From IMG/VR virus record IMGVR_UViG_3300030107_002115, positions 7,481-71,480 of that record: a stretch of 64,000 nucleotides of DNA. One strand, written 5' to 3'. Both the position numbers and the translations under genes were made by a program. This DNA is from a virus. This document shows, piece by piece, positions 27,047-37,517 of this stretch (position 1 is its first letter; every line of letters begins with the position of its first letter). The notes under the pieces are model-generated. The model ran no database searches, had not been told where the DNA came from, and worked only from the letters and a program-made list of their open reading frames with translations.

Positions 27047-28602
27047 ACAAAAACAATGTTTCTGAAAAAGAACAAGTTCTTGAATTAGCTAGAAAAGATG
27101 TCATATCTTTTGGCCAATTATTTATGCCAGAAGATTTTATGAAATCAACCCCAGCTCCATATCATTATGAATTAAGTGACTTATTATTAGATGATACAAA
27201 AAAACGCAACTGCATTATATTACCTCGTGGTCATAGCAAGTCTACTCTTGCTAAAGCAGCTCTTATGTATTATTTATACTTTAATCCAGAAGGTAAAAAG
27301 GAGTTTATAGCTTGGGTAGCAGAGGAACAATCTCAAGCAATAGACCATATTAAATATATACAAAACCATATAGAGATGAACCCTGCTTTAAATTACTACT
27401 TTGGTAATTTACAAGGCAATAAGTGGACTGAAAAAGAATTCACCACATCTAAAGGAGATAGAGTAATAGCAAAGGGAACATCGCAAAGGCTTCGTGGTAG
27501 GTCTCAACTTGGATTAAGATATACAAAAATTATATTAGATGATTTTGAATCTGAGTTAAATACTAAAACCCCAGATAGAAGAAGAGAGATTAAAGAGTGG
27601 GTTATGTCTACTGTAGAACCTGCCTTAGAAAATTCAAAAGGAAATGAGGGTTCTGTATGGTTAATAGGTACTATAGTTCACTTTGATTCTTTTTTACAAA
27701 GTATATATGATGGATATACAGAAGCTAAAAGAGATAAAAGAAGATATGCTTGGAATGTGTTATATAAGAAAGCTATTACTCCAGATGGTGATGTTCTTTG
27801 GCCTAGTTATTTCTCAAAAGAAAAACTAAAAGATATAAGAAGAAGATTTGAAGATGTAGGTTTAATTCATAAATTTGCACAAGAATATTTAAATGAAGCT
27901 CGTGATTTAGCTAATGCTAAATTTAAAACAGATAAAATAAATTATTATAACCATGAGTTTCACAGTAGAGATAATTATGCTTATATTGTAGATAAAGATG
28001 ATGCTATTCCTATAAATGTGTATATAGGTGTTGATTTAGCATATGAATCTAATAGTCATAATGATTATCAGATTATAATGATTATAGGTATAGATAGCGA
28101 TAGAAATTTTTATGTATTAGATTATTTTAGAGAACATATTCCATTATATGATATGCCTATAGAAATATTTAATTATGCTAAGGAATTTTCTCCAGTTAAG
28201 CGTGTTAATGTAGAAATGGTTGGAGCACAGGGAATTATTAAAGATGCAGTTAATCAAATGTCTGGAAAAGATAGAAAAGTAGCTCCCGGAATTGCATTAG
28301 GCGTTAGACCTCCTACAGGTATAAAAAAAGAAGATAGGCTTGAATCTTTATTAGCTCCTATTGTTAATAGAGGGAAATTATTTATAAAAAGAAAACATGT
28401 AGAACTTGTAGATGAAATGTTTCAATTTCCAAAAGGAAGACATGATGATGTATTAGATGGGCTTTGGTATGCAATAAATAACGCTAGACCACCAAGAAGT
28501 AAAAAGTTTGAAGCGGCTGAGTTTTTAGATGAAAATTCAAAAAGAATGAAAAAAACTAAGACAAAAAAGATAATATCTTGGGTTACTGGACTAAAAATTT
28601 AA
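27004..28602 (+). CDS. terL: Terminase large subunit
   Basis: PRGHSKST Walker A, IILDD Walker B, GT coupling motif, GVDLA nuclease, FPKGRHDDVLD. Confidence 0.95.
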   Translation: MVIKKVEEKKNFNINKNNVSEKEQVLELARKDVISFGQLFMPEDFMKSTPAPYHYELSDLLLDDTKKRNCIILPRGHSKSTLAKAALMYYLYFNPEGKKEFIAWVAEEQSQAIDHIKYIQNHIEMNPALNYYFGNLQGNKWTEKEFTTSKGDRVIAKGTSQRLRGRSQLGLRYTKIILDDFESELNTKTPDRRREIKEWVMSTVEPALENSKGNEGSVWLIGTIVHFDSFLQSIYDGYTEAKRDKRRYAWNVLYKKAITPDGDVLWPSYFSKEKLKDIRRRFEDVGLIHKFAQEYLNEARDLANAKFKTDKINYYNHEFHSRDNYAYIVDKDDAIPINVYIGVDLAYESNSHNDYQIIMIIGIDSDRNFYVLDYFREHIPLYDMPIEIFNYAKEFSPVKRVNVEMVGAQGIIKDAVNQMSGKDRKVAPGIALGVRPPTGIKKEDRLESLLAPIVNRGKLFIKRKHVELVDEMFQFPKGRHDDVLDGLWYAINNARPPRSKKFEAAEFLDENSKRMKKTKTKKIISWVTGLKI

Positions 28603-28610
28603 AATAATAC

Positions 28611-28639
28611 TTGCGTATATAGAAATATTTTATTATATT
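28611..28639 (+). promoter_or_regulatory. Promoter upstream of portal
   Basis: TTGCGT-17-TATATT. Confidence 0.6.
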
Positions 28640-28671
28640 ATGTGCAATTATTTAAATGAAGAGGTGTACCT

Positions 28672-30645
28672 ATTTCTAGTATAAGAGAACTAGAGCAGAA
28701 CGAAGCTCAACACTCTGAAGTTAACAAAGAGCTTTGGAGAATGTGGAGAGACGCTAGAGCTGATTGGGATACAGAGGCTAGAGAGTCTGTAGATTTTTTC
28801 CTTGGCAATCATTATTCACAAGAAGAATCAGATGCGTTAAGAGCAGTTGGGCAGGGAGACTTTGTCATTGATAGAGTTTATGCTGCTATAGAAAAATTAA
28901 AATCATTATTAACTTCTAGGTCTCCAAAATATAGTGCTGTTGGTAGAGAAGATTCAGATAGTAGAATGGCAAATGTTTGGAGAACATTATTAGAATATGT
29001 TTGGGATATATCAGATGGAGATACTCAATTTAAGCAGGCTGTACATGATTATGCAACTGCTGGAATGGGTTACTTTTATGCTTATATAGACCCAGAAGCA
29101 GATTTTGGAAGAGGTGAAGTAAAGTTTACATATGTAGACCCATTTAGAGTCTATGTAGACCCAGCCTCTAGAAATCGTTATATGGACGACGCATCTGGTG
29201 TTATTTTGTCTACCATCTTAACAGAAGACCAGTTGGTTAATTTATACCCTCAAGTTGAGCCATTCCTAAAAGATATTGAGTCTTATTATGAAGAAGAGGA
29301 TTATCCTGCTTCTAACAAACGTAATAGTTCAGTTTCTTTTACACCAGATACCACTTACGACTTAGAGTTTAGTAGAGTTAGTAAGTATAGAATACTAGAA
29401 AGGTTTTCTAAAATAAAAGTTCCTTTCTATAGAGTATTCAACAAACAGGATGGCTCTGAGGTGATATTAGATGAGCAAAAATATACAGAGTTTATAAATC
29501 AAGACCAAGTAAAATTGTTGATGGAAGCTGGCTTGATTGAAATTATAGAAGTTAAGCAAACAAGAATTAAAATCACAGCTACGGCTGGTGAAATATTATT
29601 ATATGAGACTATTTTAAATACAGATATATACCCATTAGTTCCAGTTCCTAATATATGGACAGGTACTCCTTATCCGAAATCTGATATATCTAAAATAAAA
29701 GACTCTCAAAGATTATTAAATAAACTTTTCTCTCTCACTCTCTCCCACGCACAAGCCTCTGCTGGATTAAAGCTTTTAGTTCCAGAGGGGAGTGTGGATG
29801 ATTTGGGGCAGTTGGAACAGGATTGGGCAAACCCCAATGCTGTAATATCATATAATCCAGAATTTGGAGCACCTCATTTCCCTGCCCCCCAATCATTGTC
29901 AAATGAATTTTATAATTTAATTAGTAGAATAGAGCATTATATAGATTTAAGTTTAGGAATACCAGAGCTTATGCAAGGCTTTAAAGAAAGTGCCCCAGAA
30001 ACTGTTCGTGGAACAGCTATGCTTGCAGAAATGGGAGAAACTCGTGGTAAATCAAAATTAAGAGATATTGAAGGTAGTTTAAATAGATTAGGCAAAAGCA
30101 TATATAATCTAGCTAAAAATCATTATACCTACCAAAAAACTTTTAGAATTGTACAGCCAAATAATGATATTACTGAATTTACAGTAAATATGTACGATGA
30201 TAAACAACAGGAAATTAATGCCATAGTAAATGATATCACCATTGGGCATTATGATGTAAGAATAATATCCGGTTCAACATTACCGTCAAATAGGATTGCA
30301 GAATATAATATGTACCTAGAGGCGTTTAAAATGAATCTGGTAGACGATGTCGAGGTTTTAAAGAAAACTGAAATCTTTGACAAAGAAGGTGTATTGCAAC
30401 GAAAGGGTCAAATGGCTCAATTACAATCATATGTTAAACAATTAGAAGAACAAGTTAAGAAACTTAGTGGAGACTTACAAACAGCAGAGCGTGAATCAGT
30501 CAACTCTAGGAAGAGAGTCGAAACTGAGAAGTTCAAAACTAAACTTCATGAAATCTCTAACGATACCAAGTTTAAAAGCAAGGTACAGGTAGATGATTTA
30601 AAAAGAATTGTTGATAATGAAAAAGAAATTGCAGTACAGAATTAA
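28672..30645 (+). CDS. Portal protein (P22-like), probable ATT start
   Basis: After terL; F.GNHY, VDPF.VY.DP, C-terminal coiled coil; GAGGTG RBS 5 nt before in-frame ATT at 28672 (track start 28741). Confidence 0.88.
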   Translation: MSSIRELEQNEAQHSEVNKELWRMWRDARADWDTEARESVDFFLGNHYSQEESDALRAVGQGDFVIDRVYAAIEKLKSLLTSRSPKYSAVGREDSDSRMANVWRTLLEYVWDISDGDTQFKQAVHDYATAGMGYFYAYIDPEADFGRGEVKFTYVDPFRVYVDPASRNRYMDDASGVILSTILTEDQLVNLYPQVEPFLKDIESYYEEEDYPASNKRNSSVSFTPDTTYDLEFSRVSKYRILERFSKIKVPFYRVFNKQDGSEVILDEQKYTEFINQDQVKLLMEAGLIEIIEVKQTRIKITATAGEILLYETILNTDIYPLVPVPNIWTGTPYPKSDISKIKDSQRLLNKLFSLTLSHAQASAGLKLLVPEGSVDDLGQLEQDWANPNAVISYNPEFGAPHFPAPQSLSNEFYNLISRIEHYIDLSLGIPELMQGFKESAPETVRGTAMLAEMGETRGKSKLRDIEGSLNRLGKSIYNLAKNHYTYQKTFRIVQPNNDITEFTVNMYDDKQQEINAIVNDITIGHYDVRIISGSTLPSNRIAEYNMYLEAFKMNLVDDVEVLKKTEIFDKEGVLQRKGQMAQLQSYVKQLEEQVKKLSGDLQTAERESVNSRKRVETEKFKTKLHEISNDTKFKSKVQVDDLKRIVDNEKEIAVQN

Positions 30646-30733
30646 AACAGATTATAGTGGGGACTATGCCCCGGTTCTGCTTTTAAGACATCTTTAATAG
30701 GTGATGCTAATAACAAAAGAAATCGAGGAATAA

Positions 30734-31501
30734 ATGGAAAACGCTATACACGAGGATACCACAAAAATAGATGGTGTTGAAGGCGAAGTTTTAGAACGAG
30801 TTGTTGAACCACAAGTAGTAGAAGAAGCTCCTGCTCCAGAGCAAGTAGAGGAGCAACCAATAGATGAAGCTAAAAAGTTTCAATCTATGTATGATAAAAA
30901 AAGTGCTGAATACGACAGGTTAAATAACGAAGTTGAAGAATTACGCAAATACCAACAACTAGGTGAGGTTTTAAATAACAGACCAGATGTTGTTGAGGCA
31001 ATGAGAAACACGCTAAGTGGTAACAATAATAACCAACCAGTTAAAGAGAATAATCAATTAACTGAGGATTCTTTTGACCCTTGGGAGGCTTATTATAAAC
31101 CCGGCTCACCTTCTTATGAGATGAGGGTGGGTCAAGAAAAAGCTCTAGTAAATGAAGCTGTTCAACAACAGTTTTCTGGATTACAAGAGCAGATGGCACT
31201 TAATAACTTAAAACAAGAATTGACAAATAAATATGGTTTTGAAGACCCTAAAATGGCTAATGACTTTATACAGTTTGCAACACAACCAAGAGAAGATATT
31301 CCTTTGGATATGTTAGTAGATGTTTATAGAAAGCATAGAGGTGGAGAAGAAAAAGTATCTCCAAATTTACAAGCTGTTCAAAAGGCTCAAAATACTGCAC
31401 CTACAGCTGGTGTCGTACAAGGTGGTACTCCACAAAAACCAAATGAGTTTGAAGATGTTTGGAATGGTGTTATGAGTGCATCAAGAAACACAAAAATATA
31501 A
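30734..31501 (+). CDS. Scaffolding protein
   Basis: Acidic N-terminus, FQSMYDK coiled coil, between portal and capsid. Confidence 0.75.
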   Translation: MENAIHEDTTKIDGVEGEVLERVVEPQVVEEAPAPEQVEEQPIDEAKKFQSMYDKKSAEYDRLNNEVEELRKYQQLGEVLNNRPDVVEAMRNTLSGNNNNQPVKENNQLTEDSFDPWEAYYKPGSPSYEMRVGQEKALVNEAVQQQFSGLQEQMALNNLKQELTNKYGFEDPKMANDFIQFATQPREDIPLDMLVDVYRKHRGGEEKVSPNLQAVQKAQNTAPTAGVVQGGTPQKPNEFEDVWNGVMSASRNTKI

Positions 31502-31517
31502 ACTCAAGGAGTCCTAA

Positions 31518-32849
31518 ATGGCAACTTACAATCAAGGTATTGTGAATGTTGGTGACCCGGGTTCAGCCGCTTCTGGCTATCATACTCGTCGGTTATTTAA
31601 CTTCTCAGACCGTGTGGCCGAGCTAGCTCCAGAGGAATCACCATTCTTCGTGTATCTCTCTAAGGTAGCAAAAGTCCCTACGGATGACCCACAATTCCGA
31701 TTTTTAGAAGATAGAACTAAGGTTTCTATGACAGACAGAGGGTTTTTACTTTCTGGTTCTCATAGTATTCCTGCTGCTGGTTCTACTTATTCATACACAG
31801 TTGACACTTCTGGCGGTGCGTCAGTAGATTGGCTAGTAAAAGGTATGGTGTTTGCTGTAGATTATACAGAAAATAATTCACCAGAAACAATAATAGTAAG
31901 AGTGGAAAGTGCTCCAGTTGATGCTGGTTCTACAACGACTTTTACTGGAAAAACAATTTCAGCTATTGATGGTGCTGAAACTGGTGCAGATAATGCTAAA
32001 TGTCAAGTAATTGGTACTTCATATGCTGAAGGTACTGGTGCTCCAGATGTATGGTCTGAAGAGCTTGATAATGATTATGGGTATACCCAAATCTTTAAAA
32101 CAGCTTGTGAAATGTCTAATACAGCAAGAGCAACTAGGTATCGTGGATACTCAGACGAATTCCAAAGAATTTGGAATCTTAAATTGCGTGAGCATAAAAT
32201 AGATATCGAAAGAGCTATGTTATTTGGTCAGCGAGCAAGTACTGGCGGTATTCAATATACTGAAGGTATCTGCGGACATGTTATTAAAAATGGAACAGCA
32301 GTAGTAAATGACGGTGCATTAAGTTATAGTTCTGGTGCTCCATATTTTAGAAGTTCAACTACAGCAGAATTAACATACGACAGAATCTTATCTGATTTTG
32401 AAATTGTATATGACCCTGCTCGTGGAGGAACTGATTCTAAATTAGCCCTTGCTAGTTTACCAGTATTGACATTCTTTAACAAACTAGGAGATGGTTTATT
32501 TATTGATTCATCTGTTGGTTATTCTAATAGTGCAATGCGTTATAACGTAGACCAGAAAGATGGAAGATTCGGACATAAAGTATTGGCTGTGGAAACTATT
32601 CACGGAACAATGAATATGGTTAAAGAACCTCTTTTCCGTAATTTTGCATCTGGTTTCTTAATGATGGTTGACTTAGACCATGTAGCTTATCGTCCATTAG
32701 TTGGTAACGGTGTTAATCGTGACACTCAAGTTCAGACTAATGTTCAATCTGCTGATGAAGACCTTCGTAAGGATATGATTCTTACTGAAGCTGGTTTAGA
32801 AGTATCTCTTCCAGAAACTCATTATCTACTTAACTTAGAAGGAGTATAA
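31518..32849 (+). CDS. Major capsid protein (HK97 fold, DUF5309/SU10-like)
   Basis: PEESPF, EGT.AP, YTQIFKT, KIDIERAMLFG, ILTEAGLEV; strong RBS and biased codons. Confidence 0.88.
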   Translation: MATYNQGIVNVGDPGSAASGYHTRRLFNFSDRVAELAPEESPFFVYLSKVAKVPTDDPQFRFLEDRTKVSMTDRGFLLSGSHSIPAAGSTYSYTVDTSGGASVDWLVKGMVFAVDYTENNSPETIIVRVESAPVDAGSTTTFTGKTISAIDGAETGADNAKCQVIGTSYAEGTGAPDVWSEELDNDYGYTQIFKTACEMSNTARATRYRGYSDEFQRIWNLKLREHKIDIERAMLFGQRASTGGIQYTEGICGHVIKNGTAVVNDGALSYSSGAPYFRSSTTAELTYDRILSDFEIVYDPARGGTDSKLALASLPVLTFFNKLGDGLFIDSSVGYSNSAMRYNVDQKDGRFGHKVLAVETIHGTMNMVKEPLFRNFASGFLMMVDLDHVAYRPLVGNGVNRDTQVQTNVQSADEDLRKDMILTEAGLEVSLPETHYLLNLEGV

Positions 32850-32851
32850 TA

Positions 32852-33280
32852 ATGCGAAGTGATTATCTAAATGTAAATAGTGGACATACAGGTAGCTATG
32901 TAAAAAAGATAGAAGAAGTTGGAGCAGCAAGAACATTAACTACTGAAGATAGTGGTAAAGTTTTTACTTGTGAATCTTCTGGTGGAGCTTTCTCAATCAC
33001 ACTACCTACTACTTTAGTAGATGGTGTTCATTACAAATTCATTGTATGGGAAGAAACTCCAACTGCTGATATAACTATTGCCGCTGGTAGTGCAATCGTT
33101 AGTATGGTTCAAAAAGATGCTGGTAATGACGCTGCATCATCAACCGCAGGTACTCAAATTTCAAACATTATACTAGACACAACAGCACAGCGTGGTGATT
33201 ATGTAAAGATAATGGCTTGGAACGGTGAGTGGTTAGCTGAATCAATGAGTAGCATAAATGCTGGTATACATACATCATAA
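32852..33280 (+). CDS. Capsid decoration/minor structural protein
   Basis: TLT..DSGKVF...ITLP beta-rich protein directly after capsid gene. Confidence 0.55.
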   Translation: MRSDYLNVNSGHTGSYVKKIEEVGAARTLTTEDSGKVFTCESSGGAFSITLPTTLVDGVHYKFIVWEETPTADITIAAGSAIVSMVQKDAGNDAASSTAGTQISNIILDTTAQRGDYVKIMAWNGEWLAESMSSINAGIHTS

Positions 33281-33316
33281 ACTTAATACATAGAGTTTAG
33301 CAGTAATTAGAACTGT

Positions 33317-33343
33317 GGGGGTTATCAATAAAAGGTAACCCCC
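33317..33343 (+). terminator. GC-rich stem-loop after capsid genes (terminator or mRNA stabiliser)
   Basis: GGGGGTTATC-7-GGTAACCCCC; no U-tract on plus strand. Confidence 0.45.
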
Positions 33344-33368
33344 AAATCTAAAAAAAAAGGAAAATAAA

Positions 33369-33686
33369 ATGTCTACTGGATTATATAAATACTCAGCAAA
33401 AGAAGCATCTAATTTATTAATAGGTCAAAATGGATTTGATGTAATAGCCGAACACGATACAAGCACATCAGAGCCAGATACTGGTTCTTGGATAGCTATT
33501 CAAGCACTTGGTAAAGGTGGTGGTGATGCTGCTGTTGAATTTTTAAAATTAAAAGTAACAGCAAATGTTGGAGATAGTATTTCAAGTTGGTTTTATATGA
33601 TTCCCGGTGAGATATTATATGGTAATTTTAGCGGTATTATTAATCATACAGATTCTACAGCAACTTGCATAGCTTACAGAGGATAA
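33369..33686 (+). CDS. Small structural protein, distant relative of 38315..38596
   Basis: Shared N-terminal KY(S/T)xxExxN motif and beta-rich body. Confidence 0.55.
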   Translation: MSTGLYKYSAKEASNLLIGQNGFDVIAEHDTSTSEPDTGSWIAIQALGKGGGDAAVEFLKLKVTANVGDSISSWFYMIPGEILYGNFSGIINHTDSTATCIAYRG

Positions 33687-33795
33687 GAAGAACAAAGAGA
33701 TTAGAGAGAAGATTTGGCTTTGTTGAAGAACAAAAAACACCAAATCTAATTAAAAGAATTTTAAACTGGATTAAAGAAAAAATATTAAGAATAAA

Positions 33796-34041
33796 ATGAA
33801 TTGTAAACATTGTGAATACCCAAATAATGAGAATTGGTTTTATTGTAAAAGTTGTGGAAAAAGAGCATCTACGCCTAAATTTACAAGTACTATGTTTATG
33901 AGAAAAGAATCTAGTAAAAGAACAGATATTGAATTTTCAACAACAACTTTAGATGCACATATTGCTAAAGTAAAAAAAGATAAACAATTAAAAGATAGTA
34001 ATATGTGGAAAAAAAGAATTAAACAAGCGAGTATGAATTAA
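33796..34041 (+). CDS. Zn-ribbon protein
   Basis: CKHC...CKSCG. Confidence 0.65.
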   Translation: MNCKHCEYPNNENWFYCKSCGKRASTPKFTSTMFMRKESSKRTDIEFSTTTLDAHIAKVKKDKQLKDSNMWKKRIKQASMN

Positions 34042-36773
34042 TGGCTACATTTGAAGCACAGGTAGAAGGACTTACTAGCTTATCAATAGATGGAAGTAGT
34101 GCCCCTACTCAAACAGAATTAACTCAGTTTCTTACTGATGGTGCAAAAGAAATTTTAAATACATTACCAAAATCTAAAAAAAGTTTATATACAACTGCAA
34201 ATGAATTAAATGGTAGTAGTACAAATTTAACAATAGGTGGCTCTGAAATATTTACAGTAACTAGAGATGATGGAACAATTAATCAACCATGTAGATTAAT
34301 ACCTCCTAATATGAGTGGAAGGGCAAGTGACTCAGACGATATGAATGCAGCTTCAACTACAGACCCGGTATATTATGTTACTAACAATATTTTAACCGTT
34401 ATACCAGAACCAACTAATTCTAATAATGCACATGTACAAACCTTAGCATATCCATCTGTTGCTTATGGAGATAGTTCTATAACAAAGTTTCCAGATGAAG
34501 CTGAATATTTAGTCCCATTATATGCGTCTATAAAATCTTTACAAAATGTTTTAGGAAATAGAGTTTCTAATTCAGATATCACAACTGCTTTAACTGCTGT
34601 TAATACAGAACTAGATGAAACGTTATCTATTGCAGATAATATGCATACAGAAATTGGTATCATAAATTCATCATCTGATAGTGCTTTAACTGAAATTGCA
34701 TTAGCCAATACAGAAGTAGATAAAATGGCAACAGAAGCTGGATTAGATAATGCTGAATTAGATAAAGCAACTGCCGAATTAGCAGAAGCTGTAACATTGG
34801 TAGATAGCGGAATAGATACCGCAACAGCGGCTATAGCTACTGCAGCTGGTAGAATAAATACAGCTGTTGCCTTAGCTAATGATGAGTTTGACGAAGTAGC
34901 AGCTGAGGTAAGTTCTACTACGACATCTCCAATAACACAAGCTAGAGCAGCTGTTCCTAGTGCTATATCATTAAATGATTTAACGATAACTGCAGTACCA
35001 CCTAATGCTCCATCATTGGGAACTGTTTCTTATACTGATGCTTCTAATTCAGATGCTTCTGCTCAAGCTGTTGGGGCTATAACAGTAGCAACTGTTTCTA
35101 AGGCTGATATAAGTGGAGATGTTCCAACTTACAGTAAACCAAGTTTAACAACTAGAGTTTCTTTTAAAGCTTTTTACGCAGATACAAGCAATGCAAATCC
35201 ATTTGGAGACAATGACCCGGATGATTTTTCAATAAGTGCAAAAATACCAGCAGTTCCTGCGATTAATATTATATCATATACAGATGCTACTAATGCTGAT
35301 GCTAGTGCAGCAGCTATAACAACAGCTATTATGTCAAGTTCTCCTATATCTTATGGTAGCGGTGGGGACGCTGATGCTGCTTTAGATGTTTCTTCTAATG
35401 CTCCAACATTTACAAAGCCTTCTGTTGCATTAGATTTTGCTAAGGTTGATAGCCATTTAGATGATAATGAAGATATGGAATTAGCTCAAGTTAAAATAGC
35501 ACAAATACAAGCACAAATATCAGAATATAACGCTAATATATCTAATGAACAAAATGAATTTAACAAAGAAAATATTAGATATCAAATGGAATTTAAAGAG
35601 GCTACAGAAAAAGCAAATAGAGATTTGCAAGTAGCTATTAATAATCTTAATTCTGTAACTCAAGAATTAAGTCAAGAGTCTAGGCAAACAACAGATATAG
35701 ATAAATTTAATAAAGCTCAAGACCAAGCACTTGAATTAACAAATAAAGCTAAAGGAATGGAGAAGTTAATTGCTGATAATAACAATAAACTTCAAAAATA
35801 TTCAAATGAATTACAAAGTTATCAAGCAGAAGTTAATACGGAAATACAAGAGTATACAAGAAAATTAGATAAATATAAAACTGAAATGAATCAAGTTTTT
35901 CAAGCTTGGGCAAAATCAGAAGCAGACTCGCTACAGCAATTTTCATTAGATATGACAAATGAATTAAATGAATATAATAAAGAAAACGCTAGATATCAAG
36001 CAAATATTCAAGCTGAATTAGCAAAACATAATAGCGATTTACAAAAAGCTCTTAATCAAGCTAGGATAGATGCAGATGACGCCAAACAAGAAGCAGCTCA
36101 AACTACAGATGTTGACAAATTTAATAAACAACAAGACCAAGTGCTATCTTTACAAAATAAAGCAAAAGCTATGGAAGCTACAATATCTAACAATGATGAT
36201 TTAATTCAAAAATTTAATTCTGAATTAGGAAAATATTCAGCTGAAGTAAACAAAGAAGTACAGCAATATCAAAATAATATACAGCAAAAAGTTCAAGAAG
36301 TAGAATCAAGTACAAAAATACAATCTTCTTATTATCAAGAAGCTCAAGCAAGAGTAAATGTTGGAAATGCTTATTTAGCAGAAGCAAATGCATCTGCATC
36401 AGAAGCTCAAACATATATAGGTGAAGTTTCTGCTAGAGTTCAACAGGTACAAGCTCAAATAGCTGTAGCACAAGGATATATAGCAAATGGAGCTGGATAC
36501 TCAAGAGTGGCGGCAACATACGGACAAACTGCTCAAGGATACCTTGGTACTGCTAATGCTTATCTACAATCTGCTCAAGGTTATGTAGCCTCAGCACAAG
36601 CATATGCGTCTGAAATACAATCTAAAATAGCAATATCTCAAGGTTATATAAATGAAACACAGGCTAGATTAGCCGTAGATACCAGCTATTATACTTGGTA
36701 TGAAAAACAACAGGCAAAATTACAAGCCGATTACGATAAAGGCTTACAACTATTAATAGGACAGGGAGGATAA
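34041..36773 (+). CDS. Head-tail adaptor-like protein with long internal helical insertion
   Basis: Globular N-terminal ~170 aa ending FPDEAEYLVPLYA, C-terminal WY...LQADY helix, internal paired repeats and coiled coil. Confidence 0.55.
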   Translation: MATFEAQVEGLTSLSIDGSSAPTQTELTQFLTDGAKEILNTLPKSKKSLYTTANELNGSSTNLTIGGSEIFTVTRDDGTINQPCRLIPPNMSGRASDSDDMNAASTTDPVYYVTNNILTVIPEPTNSNNAHVQTLAYPSVAYGDSSITKFPDEAEYLVPLYASIKSLQNVLGNRVSNSDITTALTAVNTELDETLSIADNMHTEIGIINSSSDSALTEIALANTEVDKMATEAGLDNAELDKATAELAEAVTLVDSGIDTATAAIATAAGRINTAVALANDEFDEVAAEVSSTTTSPITQARAAVPSAISLNDLTITAVPPNAPSLGTVSYTDASNSDASAQAVGAITVATVSKADISGDVPTYSKPSLTTRVSFKAFYADTSNANPFGDNDPDDFSISAKIPAVPAINIISYTDATNADASAAAITTAIMSSSPISYGSGGDADAALDVSSNAPTFTKPSVALDFAKVDSHLDDNEDMELAQVKIAQIQAQISEYNANISNEQNEFNKENIRYQMEFKEATEKANRDLQVAINNLNSVTQELSQESRQTTDIDKFNKAQDQALELTNKAKGMEKLIADNNNKLQKYSNELQSYQAEVNTEIQEYTRKLDKYKTEMNQVFQAWAKSEADSLQQFSLDMTNELNEYNKENARYQANIQAELAKHNSDLQKALNQARIDADDAKQEAAQTTDVDKFNKQQDQVLSLQNKAKAMEATISNNDDLIQKFNSELGKYSAEVNKEVQQYQNNIQQKVQEVESSTKIQSSYYQEAQARVNVGNAYLAEANASASEAQTYIGEVSARVQQVQAQIAVAQGYIANGAGYSRVAATYGQTAQGYLGTANAYLQSAQGYVASAQAYASEIQSKIAISQGYINETQARLAVDTSYYTWYEKQQAKLQADYDKGLQLLIGQGG

Positions 36774-36774
36774 T

Positions 36775-37266
36775 ATGGCAGCTGATAAAGCAACAGTAAG
36801 TGTTTCAGCTTCGCTTTTACCAGATGAAATAAAAACATCAGTAGGCGGTACTACTATATATGATATAAATGATGTTGGAGATAACAATAAATGGCTTTAT
36901 GGACTTACTATTGTAGGCAATAGTAATGAAGATGCTTTTTTAAGTAGCTTACATTATATAGGACAAGGAACTGCAGAAGAAGGTGGGTCTAGTATAACAA
37001 ATGGAACTGATGATGTGGTATTTCTTTTTATAAAACACACAGGAACTTCTGATGGTAGCACAGCAAATACAAGTAAACTTTTTTTAAATTTAAGTGGTGC
37101 TGACCCATCTGGTGGTGGCTCTGTTGGAGATATAATTCTTGAAGCAAATGAATGTTTTTACGCAAGGCTTTCTAATACAGAAATAAATGATATAAATGTA
37201 GAAGCTGATGGCTCTTCAAATATACAGATTATGGCTTTTGCAATTTGTGATGATGGTGGTGTATAA
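36775..37266 (+). CDS. Structural protein (beta-rich)
   Basis: Position in tail operon; FIKHTG, L..NECF motifs. Confidence 0.5.
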   Translation: MAADKATVSVSASLLPDEIKTSVGGTTIYDINDVGDNNKWLYGLTIVGNSNEDAFLSSLHYIGQGTAEEGGSSITNGTDDVVFLFIKHTGTSDGSTANTSKLFLNLSGADPSGGGSVGDIILEANECFYARLSNTEINDINVEADGSSNIQIMAFAICDDGGV

Positions 37267-37517
37267 TGTCTAAAACTGCAGTATCTTTAGGAACTTCTTC
37301 TTCTTTTTCTAGTAGTGTGCTTAATACTTCCCCGTCTTTTAGTGCGAATACATTAAACACATCTCCGTCTTTTAGTTCTTCTACGTTGAATACTTCTCCT
37401 TCGTTTTCTGCAGTTACATTACCAACTTCTATTACTTGGTTACTTGAAGGAGCTTGGGAAGCATTTAATGTTCAAAATTGGGAAGATAAAATTTTAATGT
37501 GGGAAGAGGCAGGATAA
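37266..37517 (+). CDS. Small Ser-rich repeat protein with Trp-periodic tail
   Basis: About four 11-aa (33-nt) LNTSPSFSxxx repeats, then W-x4-W-x7-W-x6-W. Confidence 0.6.
   Translation: MSKTAVSLGTSSSFSSSVLNTSPSFSANTLNTSPSFSSSTLNTSPSFSAVTLPTSITWLLEGAWEAFNVQNWEDKILMWEEAG

Noticed and set aside
33665-33799. 44-aa basic ORF from TTG filling the gap before 33796
   Set aside because: Plausible, but no RBS and too short to support from sequence alone
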